Part shown: piece after piece, positions 37,966-49,095 of the stretch
Layout: each line of letters starts with the position of its first letter
Position numbering within the stretch: the stretch's first letter is position 1
Assembly: GCA_020832805.1 (NCBI GenBank)
Contig: JAFIED010000006.1
Coordinates: forward strand, 15,336-79,335
Length of the DNA stretch: 64,000 nucleotides
Direction: 5' to 3'
Source of the DNA: Pararhodobacter sp.
Lineage (GTDB): Bacteria > Pseudomonadota > Alphaproteobacteria > Rhodobacterales > Rhodobacteraceae
Translations under genes and position numbers: made by a program
Notes under the pieces: generated by a model
Databases searched by the model: none
Told to the model about the DNA's origin: nothing
What the model saw: the letters and a program-made list of their open reading frames with translations, nothing else

Positions 37966-38436
37966 ATGATCAAGGACATGCTGCCACTGCAGACCCGCCC
38001 GCTGATGATCCTGACAGCCATTCTGGACGCACCACAGCGTCTGGGCCAGACCCCGCAGGGTGACAGAAAGATCGTGCCAGTGCTGGGCGGCACCGTAGCC
38101 GGCGAACGGATCACCGGCACCGTGCTGCCCGGCGGCGGGGACTGGGCGCTGACAAGGCCGGACGGCGTTTTGCTGCTGGATGTCCGGCTGACGATCCGCA
38201 CCGATGACGGCGCCCTGATACACATGACCTATGACGGCATGCGCCACGGCTCGGCCGATGTGATGGCACGTCTGGCCGCGGGCGAGCATGTGCCACCGGA
38301 TGCCATGTATTTTCGCATTGCGCCCCGATTTGAAACTGGCGCACAGCGCTATGACTGGATGAACGGCATCCTGGCCGTCGGCATTGGCGAGCGGTTGCCC
38401 GAGGGCCCGCGCTATCATGTTCACGAAGTGCTGTAG
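37966..38436 (+). CDS. DUF3237 domain-containing protein
   Basis: GTVLPGGGDW, LDVRLTIRTDDGALI, YFRIAPRFETG..YDWMN. Confidence 0.9.
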   Translation: MIKDMLPLQTRPLMILTAILDAPQRLGQTPQGDRKIVPVLGGTVAGERITGTVLPGGGDWALTRPDGVLLLDVRLTIRTDDGALIHMTYDGMRHGSADVMARLAAGEHVPPDAMYFRIAPRFETGAQRYDWMNGILAVGIGERLPEGPRYHVHEVL

Positions 38437-38480
38437 CCGGCACAAGGCCCGGCACAGCGACCCGGGCCAGGACCACGAAC

Positions 38481-38495
38481 ATGAATCATCTTCAT
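38481..38495. promoter_or_regulatory. MetR (LysR-type) binding site upstream of metH
   Basis: ATGAA-tcatc-TTCAT palindrome matches TGAA-N5-TTCA, about 115 bp upstream of metH. Confidence 0.7.
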
Positions 38496-38608
38496 AGTCA
38501 TTCCGAAGATAATGAATTTGCATTCCATGGCTTGCCGGGGCTAGTCACAGTGCAGCGCCGTAATGGCGCTTTTTGACGTTAAATTCACCCAGTGTGGAAA
38601 GGTCCGCC

Positions 38609-41600
38609 ATGCCCCGCCCCCAACGCTCGCCCGTTTTTGACCAGTTGAATGCGCTGGCACGCGAACGTGTGCTGGTGCTGGATGGCGCCATGGGGACGCA
38701 GGTGCAACGGCTGGGCCTGGGCGAGGATGATTTCATCGGGCACGGGCCGGGCTGCGCCTGCCACCCCATACTGCAATGGGATCGCCCCGGCGATGCACCC
38801 CGCAAGCCGCAACAGGGCAACAACGACCTGCTGATCCTGACACAACCGTCGGCGGTAGAGGAAATTCACTTTCGCTATGCCATCGCCGGCGCCGATATCG
38901 TAGAGACCAACACCTTTTCGTCGACCACCATCGCCCAGGCCGATTACGGGCTGGAACATGCCATCGAGGCGCTGAACACGAACGGGGCCCGCCTGGCCCG
39001 GCAAGCCTGCGACCGCGCAACGGCGCAGGACGGGCGCCCGCGCTTTGTGGCAGGCGCTGTGGGGCCAACGAACCGCACCGCGTCAATCAGCCCGGATGTG
39101 AACAATCCCGGCTACCGCGCCATTACCTTTGATGCGCTGCGCCTTGCCTATGCCGAGCAGATTCGCGGGCTGATTGCCGGCGGGTCTGATCTGATCCTGA
39201 TCGAAACCATCTTTGACACGCTGAACGCCAAGGCGGCGGTATTCGCCGCCCATCAGGTCTTTGCAGAAACCGGCGTCGAACTGCCGCTGATGATTTCCGG
39301 CACCATTACCGATGCCTCGGGCCGCACGCTGACCGGGCAGACCCCCACCGCCTTCTGGCATTCGCTGATGCATGCCCGCCCCTTTACCATCGGGCTGAAC
39401 TGCGCGCTGGGGGCCGAGGCGATGCGCCCGCATGTGGCCGAACTTTCGGCCGTTGCCGACACTTTCATCTGCGCCTATCCCAACGCCGGCCTGCCCAATG
39501 CCTTTGGCGGCTATGACGAAGGCCCGGCAGAGACTGCCGCCCAGATCGAGGATTTCCTGCGCGAGGGGCTGGTCAATGTGGTCGGTGGCTGCTGCGGCAC
39601 CACGCCCGAGCATATCGAGGCCATAGCAGAGGCCGCCCGCCGCCACGCCCCCCGCACGGTGCCCACCATCGCGCCCCGGCTGCGGCTTTCCGGGCTTGAG
39701 CCCTTCACGCTGACGCCGGAAATTCCCTTCGTCAATGTGGGCGAGCGCACCAATGTCACCGGCTCTGCCCGGTTCCGCAAGCTGGTGCGCGAGGGCGATT
39801 TTGCCACCGCACTGGAGGTGGCGCGCGATCAGGTCGAGGGTGGCGCGCAGATCATCGACGTTAACATGGACGAGGGGCTGATCGACAGCGCCGCCGCGAT
39901 GCGCGATTTCCTGAACCTTGTCGCTGCCGAGCCCGATATCGCCCGCGTGCCGGTGATGATCGACAGCTCCAAATGGGAAGTGATCGAGGAAGGGTTGAAA
40001 TGCGTGCAGGGCAAGGCGGTGGTCAATTCCATCAGCCTGAAAGAGGGCGAGGAACAATTCCTGCACCATGCCCGCCTCTGCCGTGCCTATGGCGCCGCCG
40101 TGGTGGTCATGGCCTTTGACGAGGCAGGCCAGGCCGACACGCAGGCGCGCAAGAGCGAGATCTGCGCGCGGGCCTACAAGCTGCTGACCGAAGACGGCTT
40201 CCCGGCAGAGGACATCATCTTCGACCCCAACATCTTTGCAGTCGCCACGGGGATCGAGGAGCACGACAATTACGGCGTCGATTTCATCGAGGCCACGCGC
40301 TGGATCAGGCAGAACCTGCCCCATGCCCATGTTTCGGGCGGTGTCTCCAACCTGTCCTTCAGCTTTCGCGGCAACGACACGGTGCGCGAGGCGATGCATG
40401 CGGTGTTCCTGTATCATTGTATCAAGGCCGGCATGGACATGGGCATCGTCAACGCCGGGCAACTGGCCGTCTATGACCAGATCGAACTGGAACTGCGCGA
40501 GGCCTGCGAGGATGTGGTGCTGAACCGCCGCGCGGATGGCACCGAGCGTCTGCTGGCGCTGGCCGACCGGTTCAAGGGTGGCGCGCGCGAGGCCAGGGCC
40601 CGCGATCTGACCTGGCGGACCTGGCCGGTCGAAAAGCGGCTGGAACATGCGCTGGTCAACGGCATCACCGAATTCGTGGACGCCGATGTCGAGGAAGCCC
40701 GCCAGCAGGCCGCCCGCCCGCTGGATGTGATCGAAGGGCCGCTGATGGCCGGGATGAATGTGGTCGGCGATCTGTTCGGCGCGGGCAAGATGTTCCTGCC
40801 GCAGGTGGTGAAATCGGCCCGTGTGATGAAACAGGGCGTGGCGGTGCTGCTGCCTTACATGGAGGCCGAAAAGGGCGAAAGGCAGGCGGCGGGCCGGGTG
40901 CTGATGGCTACGGTCAAGGGCGATGTGCACGATATCGGCAAGAATATCGTGGGCGTCGTGCTGGCCTGCAATGGCTACGAGATCATCGACCTGGGGGTGA
41001 TGGTGCCCGCCGAGAAGATATTGCAGACCGCGCGCGAGAAACAGGTCGACATGATCGGGCTTTCGGGCCTCATCACCCCCTCGCTGGACGAAATGGTGCA
41101 TGTCGCGGCCGAGATGCAGAAGCAGGGCTTCGACATGCCGCTGCTGATCGGCGGGGCAACAACCAGTCGCATGCATACGGCGGTCAAGATCCACCCGGCT
41201 TACGACCGCGGGCAGGCAGTTTATGTCACCGATGCCAGCCGCGCGGTGGGCGTGGTCTCGGCGCTGCTGTCAAAGGACCAGAAACCGGATTTCGTGAAGA
41301 AGACCCGGACAGAATACGCAGGCCTTGCCGCCGCCCATGCCCGTGGCGAGCGTGAGAAGGAACGCCTGCCGCTGGCCGCCGCCCGCGCCAATGCCCTGCG
41401 GCTGGACTGGGATGCCTATCAGCCCATAGCGCCTGCCTTTACCGGGACCAGGGTGCTGGAAGATTGGGATCTGGCCGAGATCGCCCGATATATCGACTGG
41501 ACACCCTTCTTTCAGTCATGGGAACTGAAAGGCGTCTATCCCCGCATTCTGGAAGATGCGACGGTGGGCGAGGCTGCGCGCGCGCTTTTCACCGATGCGC

Positions 41601-42367
41601 AAGCCATGATGCAGCGCATCATCGGCGAGCGCTGGTTCCAGCCCCGCGCGGTGGTGGGTTTCTGGCCGGCGAATGCCCAGGGCGACGATATCCGGCTGTA
41701 TGCCGATGCGGGGCGCGATCAGGTGCTGGAGACCCTGCACACCCTGCGCCAGCAATTGCCCCGGCGCGGCGGCAAGCCGAATATCGCGCTGTCCGATTTC
41801 GTCGCACCGGATGGGATCGCCGATCACATCGGCGCTTTCACGGTGACGGCCGGCGCGCAGGAAATCGACATCGCAAAGCGGTTCGAGGCCGCGGGCGACG
41901 ACTATTCGGCCATCATGGTCAAGGCACTGGCCGACCGCTATGCCGAGGCGATGGCCGAGATGCTGCACCAGCGCGTACGGCGCGATTTCTGGGGCTATGC
42001 ACCCGACGAAAGCTTTACCCCAGCCGAGCTGATCAAGGAACCCTACGCCGGCATCCGCCCCGCCCCCGGTTACCCGGCCCAGCCCGATCATACCGAAAAG
42101 GCCACGCTCTGGCGGCTGCTGAATGCCGAAGCGGCAACGGGCGTGACCCTGACCGAAAGCTATGCCATGTGGCCCGGCGCCTCGGTCTCGGGGCTCTATA
42201 TCGGGCAGCCGGACAGCTTCTATTTCGGCGTGTCCAGGATCGAGGCCGATCAGGCCGCCGATTACGCCCGGCGCAAGGGGATGACACTGGCCGAGGCCGA
42301 GCGCTGGCTGGCGCCGGTGCTGAACTATACGCCGGGCACGGGGAGTGAGAGCGCGGCGGCGGCATAG
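38609..42367 (+). CDS. metH: cobalamin-dependent methionine synthase (full-length)
   Basis: [51 protein letters not shown]. Confidence 0.98.
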   Translation: MPRPQRSPVFDQLNALARERVLVLDGAMGTQVQRLGLGEDDFIGHGPGCACHPILQWDRPGDAPRKPQQGNNDLLILTQPSAVEEIHFRYAIAGADIVETNTFSSTTIAQADYGLEHAIEALNTNGARLARQACDRATAQDGRPRFVAGAVGPTNRTASISPDVNNPGYRAITFDALRLAYAEQIRGLIAGGSDLILIETIFDTLNAKAAVFAAHQVFAETGVELPLMISGTITDASGRTLTGQTPTAFWHSLMHARPFTIGLNCALGAEAMRPHVAELSAVADTFICAYPNAGLPNAFGGYDEGPAETAAQIEDFLREGLVNVVGGCCGTTPEHIEAIAEAARRHAPRTVPTIAPRLRLSGLEPFTLTPEIPFVNVGERTNVTGSARFRKLVREGDFATALEVARDQVEGGAQIIDVNMDEGLIDSAAAMRDFLNLVAAEPDIARVPVMIDSSKWEVIEEGLKCVQGKAVVNSISLKEGEEQFLHHARLCRAYGAAVVVMAFDEAGQADTQARKSEICARAYKLLTEDGFPAEDIIFDPNIFAVATGIEEHDNYGVDFIEATRWIRQNLPHAHVSGGVSNLSFSFRGNDTVREAMHAVFLYHCIKAGMDMGIVNAGQLAVYDQIELELREACEDVVLNRRADGTERLLALADRFKGGAREARARDLTWRTWPVEKRLEHALVNGITEFVDADVEEARQQAARPLDVIEGPLMAGMNVVGDLFGAGKMFLPQVVKSARVMKQGVAVLLPYMEAEKGERQAAGRVLMATVKGDVHDIGKNIVGVVLACNGYEIIDLGVMVPAEKILQTAREKQVDMIGLSGLITPSLDEMVHVAAEMQKQGFDMPLLIGGATTSRMHTAVKIHPAYDRGQAVYVTDASRAVGVVSALLSKDQKPDFVKKTRTEYAGLAAAHARGEREKERLPLAAARANALRLDWDAYQPIAPAFTGTRVLEDWDLAEIARYIDWTPFFQSWELKGVYPRILEDATVGEAARALFTDAQAMMQRIIGERWFQPRAVVGFWPANAQGDDIRLYADAGRDQVLETLHTLRQQLPRRGGKPNIALSDFVAPDGIADHIGAFTVTAGAQEIDIAKRFEAAGDDYSAIMVKALADRYAEAMAEMLHQRVRRDFWGYAPDESFTPAELIKEPYAGIRPAPGYPAQPDHTEKATLWRLLNAEAATGVTLTESYAMWPGASVSGLYIGQPDSFYFGVSRIEADQAADYARRKGMTLAEAERWLAPVLNYTPGTGSESAAAA

Positions 42368-42386
42368 GCACCGCCATTGCTGCGCC

Positions 42387-43016
42387 CTACCGCAGTGCCA
42401 ACCCGCCTTCCTGAACCAGGAAATCGACCACCTGCGCGATCCCCTGGCCCTCGCGCAACCGGGCCATGACATAGGGCCGTGCCCCCCGCGCCGCCGCCGT
42501 ATCGGCCTGCAACCGGGCCAGATCGACGCCCACATGCGGCGCCAGATCGGTCTTGTTGACCACCAACAGGTCTGACCGCGTCAGCCCCGGCCCCTTCTTG
42601 CGCGGGATGTCCTGCCCGGCGGCGGTATCGATCACATAGATCGTCAGATCGGCCAGTTCGGGCGAAAAGGTCGCCGCCAGATTATCGCCGCCGGATTCGA
42701 TCAGGATCAGGTCCAGATCCGGAAAACCGGCGTTCAGTTCGGCCACGGCGGCCAGGTTGATCGAGGCATCCTCGCGGATCGCGGTATGCGGGCAACCGCC
42801 GGTTTCGACACCGCGGATGCGGTCCAGCGGCAGAACCTGTTTCTGCATCAGGTACTCGGCATCCTCGCGCGTGTAGATGTCATTGGTGATTACCGCCATC
42901 GAACAGCGCTGGCCCAGCGCGCGGGCCAGATGTTCGGTCAGCGTGGTCTTGCCCACGCCCACCGGGCCGCCGATACCCACGCGCAGCGGGCCATGCATTC
43001 CTCTGGTCGTGCTCAT
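42387..43016 (-). CDS. ureG: urease accessory GTPase UreG
   Basis: [33 protein letters not shown]. Confidence 0.97.
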   Translation of the reverse strand: MSTTRGMHGPLRVGIGGPVGVGKTTLTEHLARALGQRCSMAVITNDIYTREDAEYLMQKQVLPLDRIRGVETGGCPHTAIREDASINLAAVAELNAGFPDLDLILIESGGDNLAATFSPELADLTIYVIDTAAGQDIPRKKGPGLTRSDLLVVNKTDLAPHVGVDLARLQADTAAARGARPYVMARLREGQGIAQVVDFLVQEGGLALR

Positions 43017-43657
43017 GTGCGAAACAGCCTCACTTCCTTGATTTCATGGCGCATCGCCGCCAGATCGGCGGCCAGCGCGGCGCCGCCTAGCGGCATCTCC
43101 GGTTCGGCGGCGACAGCTTCGGCCAGCGCGGCGATGGCGGGTTGCAGGCGTGTCAGCACGCCCTGCCCCTCTGTCTGGCCCAGCGGCACATGGCGAATGG
43201 CAATGGTGACCAGATTGCCGATGAAGCCCTGCAGATACAGCGCCAGCACCATCTGCGGGGCCAGCGCCAGAGCCGCCGCTGCCTGCCCCAGCGCCACCGG
43301 CAGTGGCCGGGCGGGCAGCGCGCGCCCGGTCAGCGCCTGCACGGTGCGGGCCAGCGCAGCGCCCTGTTCCAGTGTCTCGGTCAGCCGTTCGGCCGAGGGG
43401 GCCAGCGCGCGGGCCAGCGCGGCCAGTGCATCATGGTCCGCGCCCGGGGCCAGTGACCGGGCCAGCAGGATGGCATCTTGCCGCCCGGCGCCATGGGTCA
43501 GCACGCCGTTCAACCAGATTTCCAGGCTTGCCGCATCAGAAACCGCCCCATCGGCCACCGCCTGCTCCAACCCGTGGCTATAGGCAAAGGCGCCTGTGGG
43601 AAAGGCCGGCGACAGCCAGTGCGACAACGCCAGAAAAGGGGCAAGCGGCGGGGTCAT
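43013..43657 (-). CDS. ureF: urease accessory protein UreF
   Basis: [36 protein letters not shown]. Confidence 0.95.
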   Translation of the reverse strand: MTPPLAPFLALSHWLSPAFPTGAFAYSHGLEQAVADGAVSDAASLEIWLNGVLTHGAGRQDAILLARSLAPGADHDALAALARALAPSAERLTETLEQGAALARTVQALTGRALPARPLPVALGQAAAALALAPQMVLALYLQGFIGNLVTIAIRHVPLGQTEGQGVLTRLQPAIAALAEAVAAEPEMPLGGAALAADLAAMRHEIKEVRLFRT

Positions 43658-44202
43658 CAGGACGGGGTGCGGGCCGCGTGACTGTGGCCGTGGTGGTGGT
43701 GATGGGCGTGATCGTGGTCATGCCCGTGCGCGTGGTCCTGCTCATGCGCGTGCCCATGGCTGTGCCCCATCGTGCGCCCGCGGCCATAGGCGCCGCCCTC
43801 TGGCGTAAAGGGGGCCTCGGCGCGGGTCAGATCGGCGCCCAGTTGCCTCAGCATCCCTTCCAGCACATGATCGGCGCGGATCACCAGATGGTCGGCGCCG
43901 ATCTGGCACGGCGTGTGGCGGTTACCGATATGCCAGGCCAGCCGCGCCAGATCGCCGCGCACCACCAGCACCGGCTCGGCCGCTGCCTGCACCATGACCA
44001 GCCGCCCGTCATCCAGCACCAGCGCATCGCCATGGTTCAGGCTGGTCGCGCCGGGCAGATCGACCATGAACGGCCATCCGGCATCGGTGACCAGCCGCTT
44101 GCGCCGCATGAAGCGCGCCTCGTAATCCAGCGCCACACTTGCCGATTGGCCGGTCCATTGGCCGGCCGGCTGGTGATGATGCGCGCAGGGCAGATCGGTC
44201 AT
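43657..44202 (-). CDS. ureE: urease accessory nickel chaperone UreE
   Basis: AWHIGNRHTP, PFTPEGGAY, His-rich C-terminus. Confidence 0.95.
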   Translation of the reverse strand: MTDLPCAHHHQPAGQWTGQSASVALDYEARFMRRKRLVTDAGWPFMVDLPGATSLNHGDALVLDDGRLVMVQAAAEPVLVVRGDLARLAWHIGNRHTPCQIGADHLVIRADHVLEGMLRQLGADLTRAEAPFTPEGGAYGRGRTMGHSHGHAHEQDHAHGHDHDHAHHHHHGHSHAARTPS

Positions 44203-44223
44203 GGCGGGGCCCCCTTTGGCAGA

Positions 44224-45930
44224 TCAGTACATGAAATAGCGTTGTGCAAGCGGCAGTTCGCTGGCCGGCTGACAGGTCAGCACTTCGCCATCGGCACGCA
44301 CTTCGTAGGTTTCGGGGTCAACCTCGATCTGCGGCAGGGCCGTGTTCAGCTTCAGATCGGCCTTTTGCAACCCCCGGCACCCTTCGACAGGCAGCGTGGC
44401 CTTGCGCAGGCCCAGCCGATCGCCGACGCCGTCTTCATGGCCCGCACGGCTGACAAAGGTCACCGCGCTGGCCTCCAGCGACCGGCCAAGCGCCGCAAAC
44501 ATCGGGCGCGAATAGACCGGCTGCACGGGGATCGACCCGTTCGGATCGCCCATCTGGGCCAGCACGATGGATCCGCCCATCAGCACCATGTCTGGCTTGG
44601 CGCCAAAGAACGCGGGCGACCACAGCACCAGATCGGCGCGCTTGCCGACCTCGACCGAGCCGATATGCCGGCTGATGCCATGCACGATGGCGGGGTTGAT
44701 GGTGTATTTGGCGATATAGCGCTTTACCCGCGCGTTGTCATTTGCGCCTGTCTCTTCGGCCAGGCGGCCGCGCTGGACCTTCATCTTGTGCGCGGTCTGC
44801 CAGGTGCGGGTGATGACCTCGCCCACGCGCCCCATCGCCTGGCTGTCGGAAGAAATCACCGAGAAAGCGCCCATGTCATGCAGGATATCCTCGGCTGCGA
44901 TGGTTTCGCGGCGGATGCGGGATTCGGCAAAGGCCACATCCTCGGGCACGCGGCGGGACAGGTGATGGCAGACCATCAGCATGTCCAGATGTTCCTCGAT
45001 GGTGTGGACCGTATAGGGCATGGTGCGGGGCGGGGATGACGGCAGGATATTGGCCATGCCGCAGACCTTGATGATATCGGGGGCATGCCCGCCCCCTGCC
45101 CCCTCGGTGTGAAAGGCGTGGATGGTGCGCCCGGCGATGGCCTTGATGGTGTCCTCGACGAACCCGCTTTCGTTCAGCGTGTCGGTGTGGATCATCACCT
45201 GGATGTCGGCTTCCTCGGCCACCGACAGGCAGCAGTCGATGGCGGCGGGGGTTGTGCCCCAGTCCTCGTGCAGTTTCAGGGCGCAGGCGCCAGCGCGGAT
45301 CTGTTCATTCAGGGCGGCGGGCAGGCTGGCATTGCCCTTGCCGGCAAAGGCAAGGTTCATCGGCAGTGCATCGGCAGCCTGCAGCATGCGGCCGATATGC
45401 CAGGGACCGGGCGTGCAGGTGGTGGCCAGCGTGCCATGCGCCGGCCCGGTGCCCCCGCCCAGCATGGTGGTCAGCCCCGAATGCAGCGCATCGTCGATCT
45501 GCTGGGGACAGATGAAATGGATATGCGCGTCAAAGCCACCGGCGGTCAGGATCCGGCCCTCGCCCGCGATGACCTCGGTGCCCGGGCCGATGATGATGGT
45601 CACGCCTTTCTGGGTGTCGGGGTTGCCGGCCTTGCCGATGGCGTGGATCAAGCCGTCGCGCAGGCCCACATCGGCCTTGTAGATGCCGGTCCAGTCGATG
45701 ATCAGAGCGTTGGTGATGACGGTATCGACAGCGCCGCCCGCGCGGGTGATCTGGCTTTGGCCCATGCCATCGCGGATGACCTTGCCGCCGCCGAATTTCA
45801 CCTCGTCGCCATAGGTGGTCAGGTCGCGTTCCACCTCGATGATCAACTCGGTGTCACCCAGCCGCAGCCGGTCGCCGGTGGTGGGGCCGAACATCTCGGC
45901 ATAGTCGGGGCGGGGGAGTGAATAGGGCAT
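44224..45930 (-). CDS. ureC: urease subunit alpha
   Basis: [46 protein letters not shown]; the conserved STNPT motif reads SPPRT. Confidence 0.97.
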   Translation of the reverse strand: MPYSLPRPDYAEMFGPTTGDRLRLGDTELIIEVERDLTTYGDEVKFGGGKVIRDGMGQSQITRAGGAVDTVITNALIIDWTGIYKADVGLRDGLIHAIGKAGNPDTQKGVTIIIGPGTEVIAGEGRILTAGGFDAHIHFICPQQIDDALHSGLTTMLGGGTGPAHGTLATTCTPGPWHIGRMLQAADALPMNLAFAGKGNASLPAALNEQIRAGACALKLHEDWGTTPAAIDCCLSVAEEADIQVMIHTDTLNESGFVEDTIKAIAGRTIHAFHTEGAGGGHAPDIIKVCGMANILPSSPPRTMPYTVHTIEEHLDMLMVCHHLSRRVPEDVAFAESRIRRETIAAEDILHDMGAFSVISSDSQAMGRVGEVITRTWQTAHKMKVQRGRLAEETGANDNARVKRYIAKYTINPAIVHGISRHIGSVEVGKRADLVLWSPAFFGAKPDMVLMGGSIVLAQMGDPNGSIPVQPVYSRPMFAALGRSLEASAVTFVSRAGHEDGVGDRLGLRKATLPVEGCRGLQKADLKLNTALPQIEVDPETYEVRADGEVLTCQPASELPLAQRYFMY

Positions 45931-46090
45931 GGGGTGAATCCCAGTCTGATAAGTGGCTCGTGCTTAGGTGCCTAGTTGCCCATTGTAACGCATTTCTATG
46001 GGCCGGCTGTATTCCATTTTAAAAACAATTGCCTGCGCCAAGAACAACAGCCCTCCATGCCATCTAAGCAGTTAACCGTTTTTCAATGCC

Positions 46091-46255
46091 CTACCGTTGC
46101 AGCAGAGTCTTGGCGAGAACGAAGCATGATTCGTTCGTTGCGCAAGGACCAGCTGAATGACACAAACCGAACTTTTCTTGACTTGTATCGCCGCAGCTAT
46201 TCCTGTCGGGGTAGCTCTCGGTAAGTACTACGGTTGGCTCTGATACAAAGGACAT
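46091..46255 (-). other. short 54-aa ORF / degenerate insert within lower-GC ureB-ureC spacer
   Basis: ATG overlaps the ureB TGA (TGATG); [10 protein letters not shown]...LLQR; the spacer is visibly AT-richer than flanking genes. Confidence 0.25.
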
Positions 46256-46560
46256 CACAACTCCCCCATCACATCGCCCCGGAAGCCATACACCCGCCGC
46301 GCCCCGTCAAACGGCACCAGCCGCACCTCGCGGGTCTGGCCGGGCTCGAAGCGGACGGCGGTGCCGGCGGGGATGTCCAGCCGTTGCCCGCGCGCGGCGG
46401 CGCGGTCAAACCGCAGGCCGGGGTTCGCCTCGGCGAAATGGTAGTGACTGCCCACCTGCACCGGCCGGTCGCCGGTATTGGCGACCGTCAGCACCGTCAC
46501 CGGGCGGCCCGCGTTCAGCTCGATCACGCCCTCGGCCGGGAACACCTCTCCGGGGATCAT
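46255..46560 (-). CDS. ureB: urease subunit beta
   Basis: [35 protein letters not shown]. Confidence 0.97.
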   Translation of the reverse strand: MIPGEVFPAEGVIELNAGRPVTVLTVANTGDRPVQVGSHYHFAEANPGLRFDRAAARGQRLDIPAGTAVRFEPGQTREVRLVPFDGARRVYGFRGDVMGEL

Positions 46561-46574
46561 TGTCACGCCCCCCC

Positions 46575-47123
46575 TTACAGCACGGCCAGGGCAGCGCCGC
46601 CCAGCGCCACCGCCCCACCCATCAGCCGCAGCGCCAGCGGCCCCAGCCGGCCCAGCGCCACACCCAGCCCGTGCAGCGCCGCCGTAGCGATCAGGAAACC
46701 CGCGGCATAGTCCAGCCCGCCCGGCCCCTCGACCCCATGCGCCCAGCCATGGGCGGCGCCGAACACCGCCACCAGCGGCAGGGCCAACCCCAGCGGCGCG
46801 CGCCACAGCACCGCCACCGCGGCGCCCAGCACGATGACCGAGGCCAGGATCACATGCTCGACCAGGTCGACCTCGGCCCCGCCGACACCGGCCAGACCAG
46901 CCGCTGCCATCGCCGCCAAAAAGGTAAGGGGAAGCGCCCACACCGCCCGCCCCCCGGCCATTGCCGCCCACAGGCCCACCGCCACCATTGCCAGCAGATG
47001 ATCCAGGCCCAGCAGCGGATGCGCCAACCCGTCGCCAAAGCCCCCGGTATGGTCATGGTGCGGATGGGCCGTCAGCGCGGCGGGAAAAAGGGTCAGAACC
47101 AGGCCAAGGAATAGCGCGCGCAT
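46575..47123 (-). CDS. ureJ: HupE/UreJ family nickel transporter
   Basis: [36 protein letters not shown]. Confidence 0.92.
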   Translation of the reverse strand: MRALFLGLVLTLFPAALTAHPHHDHTGGFGDGLAHPLLGLDHLLAMVAVGLWAAMAGGRAVWALPLTFLAAMAAAGLAGVGGAEVDLVEHVILASVIVLGAAVAVLWRAPLGLALPLVAVFGAAHGWAHGVEGPGGLDYAAGFLIATAALHGLGVALGRLGPLALRLMGGAVALGGAALAVL

Positions 47124-47132
47124 GGGTGTCTC

Positions 47133-47435
47133 CTAGCGGATGGGATGGTGAACGGTGACCAGCTTGGTGCCGTCCGGAAAGGTCGCTTCGACCTGCACGG
47201 CGTGAATCATCTCGGGGATACCGGGCATGCATTGATCGACGGTGATCACATGGGCGCCGGCCTCCATCAGATCGGCCACCGAGCGGCCATCGCGCGCCCC
47301 CTCGATCACGAAATCGGTGATCAGCGCCACCGCCTCGGGGTGGTTCAGGCGGACACCGCGTTCCAGCCGGTTGCGGGCCACCATGGCGGCCAGGCTGATC
47401 ATCAGTTTCTCACGCTCGCGCGGGGAAAGGTTCAT
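47133..47435 (-). CDS. ureA: urease subunit gamma
   Basis: [34 protein letters not shown]. Confidence 0.97.
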   Translation of the reverse strand: MNLSPREREKLMISLAAMVARNRLERGVRLNHPEAVALITDFVIEGARDGRSVADLMEAGAHVITVDQCMPGIPEMIHAVQVEATFPDGTKLVTVHHPIR

Positions 47436-48382
47436 GCGGCACCTCCGGCCATTTGCCAAACCCGGGGCAGCGGCGCCTGCCGCAACAGGCGCAACAGGCG
47501 CACGATCTGCCGGCGCAGCGGCCAGCCATCGGCGGCCATCATCCGCACCACCAGCCTGCCGTCAAAGCCGGACGCGCCGGCAATCACGCCGGGCTCCACC
47601 AGTTCGCTGCGGGCCGGTGCCAGCGCCGCCTCGGCCCCGCGCGAAACCAGGATCAGGCTGGCAAAGGCGCGCGCGCCCCCCAGCACAGCCGGGCCGGCAG
47701 CCAGCGCGGCGCTGTCCAGCATGACCGGTTCCATCAGCACAGGCTGCCCGGCGCGGGTGATCACGCGATGATCGCTGAACGACAGGGTGCGCGGCATCTC
47801 GCCCATGGCGGCACGGCCCAGCACCACGGGTTCCAGCAGCAGGCATGACGCCTCGCGGCCCAGACGGATTTCGGTGTGTCTATCCAGGGCACTGCTTTCG
47901 TACAGCAGCGTTTCCTGAGGCAGCCAGTCCAGATGGGCGCCGTCGCCCAGCCGATGACAGACCCGAACCCGGGCCACACCGCCGCTGGACCGATAGGCGC
48001 GTTCGGCAGTCTGCGTGGTGGCGACAACGCGGCAACCCGCCGCCAGGTCAAGCGAGAAAGCCAGACGGTCACCGCCGGTCAGCCCGCCAGAGGTGTTGAG
48101 AAAAACCACCTCGGGGCCCGAAACAGGCGGCTCTTGCTCCCTGTCTGGATGCACCCGCCGGGCGCCCGGCGGCAGGCTCAGCACGATCGCCTTGGCCGAC
48201 CCGCGTTGCGCCAGGCGGGCCAGGGTTGTCCGACCGGCCCTGAGCGAAAGCGTGACATGCGCCGCGCCAAGGCTGCGTTGATGGGGATGGGTGTGGCCGC
48301 CCTTGCCCAGGAACCGATCAACGGCACGCGCGTCGGCGCGCGGTTCGTCAGGCCTGAAACGGCAGGGCATCGGGGCGCTCAT
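47432..48382 (-). CDS. ureD: urease accessory protein UreD
   Basis: [45 protein letters not shown]; start uncertain. Confidence 0.92.
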   Translation of the reverse strand: MSAPMPCRFRPDEPRADARAVDRFLGKGGHTHPHQRSLGAAHVTLSLRAGRTTLARLAQRGSAKAIVLSLPPGARRVHPDREQEPPVSGPEVVFLNTSGGLTGGDRLAFSLDLAAGCRVVATTQTAERAYRSSGGVARVRVCHRLGDGAHLDWLPQETLLYESSALDRHTEIRLGREASCLLLEPVVLGRAAMGEMPRTLSFSDHRVITRAGQPVLMEPVMLDSAALAAGPAVLGGARAFASLILVSRGAEAALAPARSELVEPGVIAGASGFDGRLVVRMMAADGWPLRRQIVRLLRLLRQAPLPRVWQMAGGAA

Positions 48383-48566
48383 ACCTGTCAATCCGTCAAT
48401 CTGTTCGTCTGCGGAAGCTGTTGTGTCCGCGTGTCAGATGGCAGGATCACACTGGCGCAGACAATCCCCTGACCAGCAGAACGCCCAAGCGGCAGACAGC
48501 GTCGCCCGCCAAATGGTCAAATCGAAAGTTAATGCCGAAATAATAGGCGTGCCGCTGCTGAAACAA

Positions 48567-48594
48567 GAAAGAGCCGCCCGACGGCGGCTCTTTC
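48567..48594 (-). terminator. rho-independent terminator of HU gene
   Basis: GAAAGAGCCGCC-cgac-GGCGGCTCTTTC hairpin with T-rich tail on the minus strand. Confidence 0.8.
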
Positions 48595-48629
48595 ATGGCG
48601 TGTCATGCCCGTACAGGCAGACCCGTATA

Positions 48630-48917
48630 TCAGCCGTTGACGCTGTCTTTCAGTGCCTTGGCGATGGTCACCTTGACTGCGCGGTCGGCCGGCTTGGTCA
48701 TGGTTTCGCCAGTCTGCGGGTTGCGAACCTGACGCTCGGGGCGGGCACGGCAGGCGATCTTGCCGATACCGGGCAGGGTGATCGCACCACCGGCCGCCAC
48801 TTCGCGCGAGACCAGCGCGCCGATGGCATCCAGCGCGGCGCCGGCGGTCTTCTTGTCACTGTTCATCTCTTCGGCAAGCGCGGCGACAAGCTGTGTCTTG
48901 GTCATCGGTTTCGACAT
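48630..48917 (-). CDS. HU family DNA-binding protein
   Basis: MTKTQLV, LPGIGK, RQVRNPQTGE, KALKD. Confidence 0.95.
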   Translation of the reverse strand: MSKPMTKTQLVAALAEEMNSDKKTAGAALDAIGALVSREVAAGGAITLPGIGKIACRARPERQVRNPQTGETMTKPADRAVKVTIAKALKDSVNG

Positions 48918-49095
48918 GATGCTCTCCGTAGCTTAATGTCCATCTGATCCCTCTCCCGGGCATTGTCGCGCCGGGAACTGTTGCGCATGTAGCCGCAGTT
49001 GCGCCCCCTGCACAATGTGCAAGACGCAACAACAAGCAAGAAAGCGCGCGGTTTATCGGTAAAACAGGGCCCTGCGGCACCACAGCGTGCTGACA

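Noticed and set aside
11843-38436. Mobile genomic island or prophage
   Set aside because: No integrase, transposase, tRNA anchor, flanking direct repeats or obvious GC shift seen.
38437-38608. SAM or cobalamin riboswitch upstream of metH
   Set aside because: No recognisable conserved riboswitch elements; a MetR-type box explains the region better.
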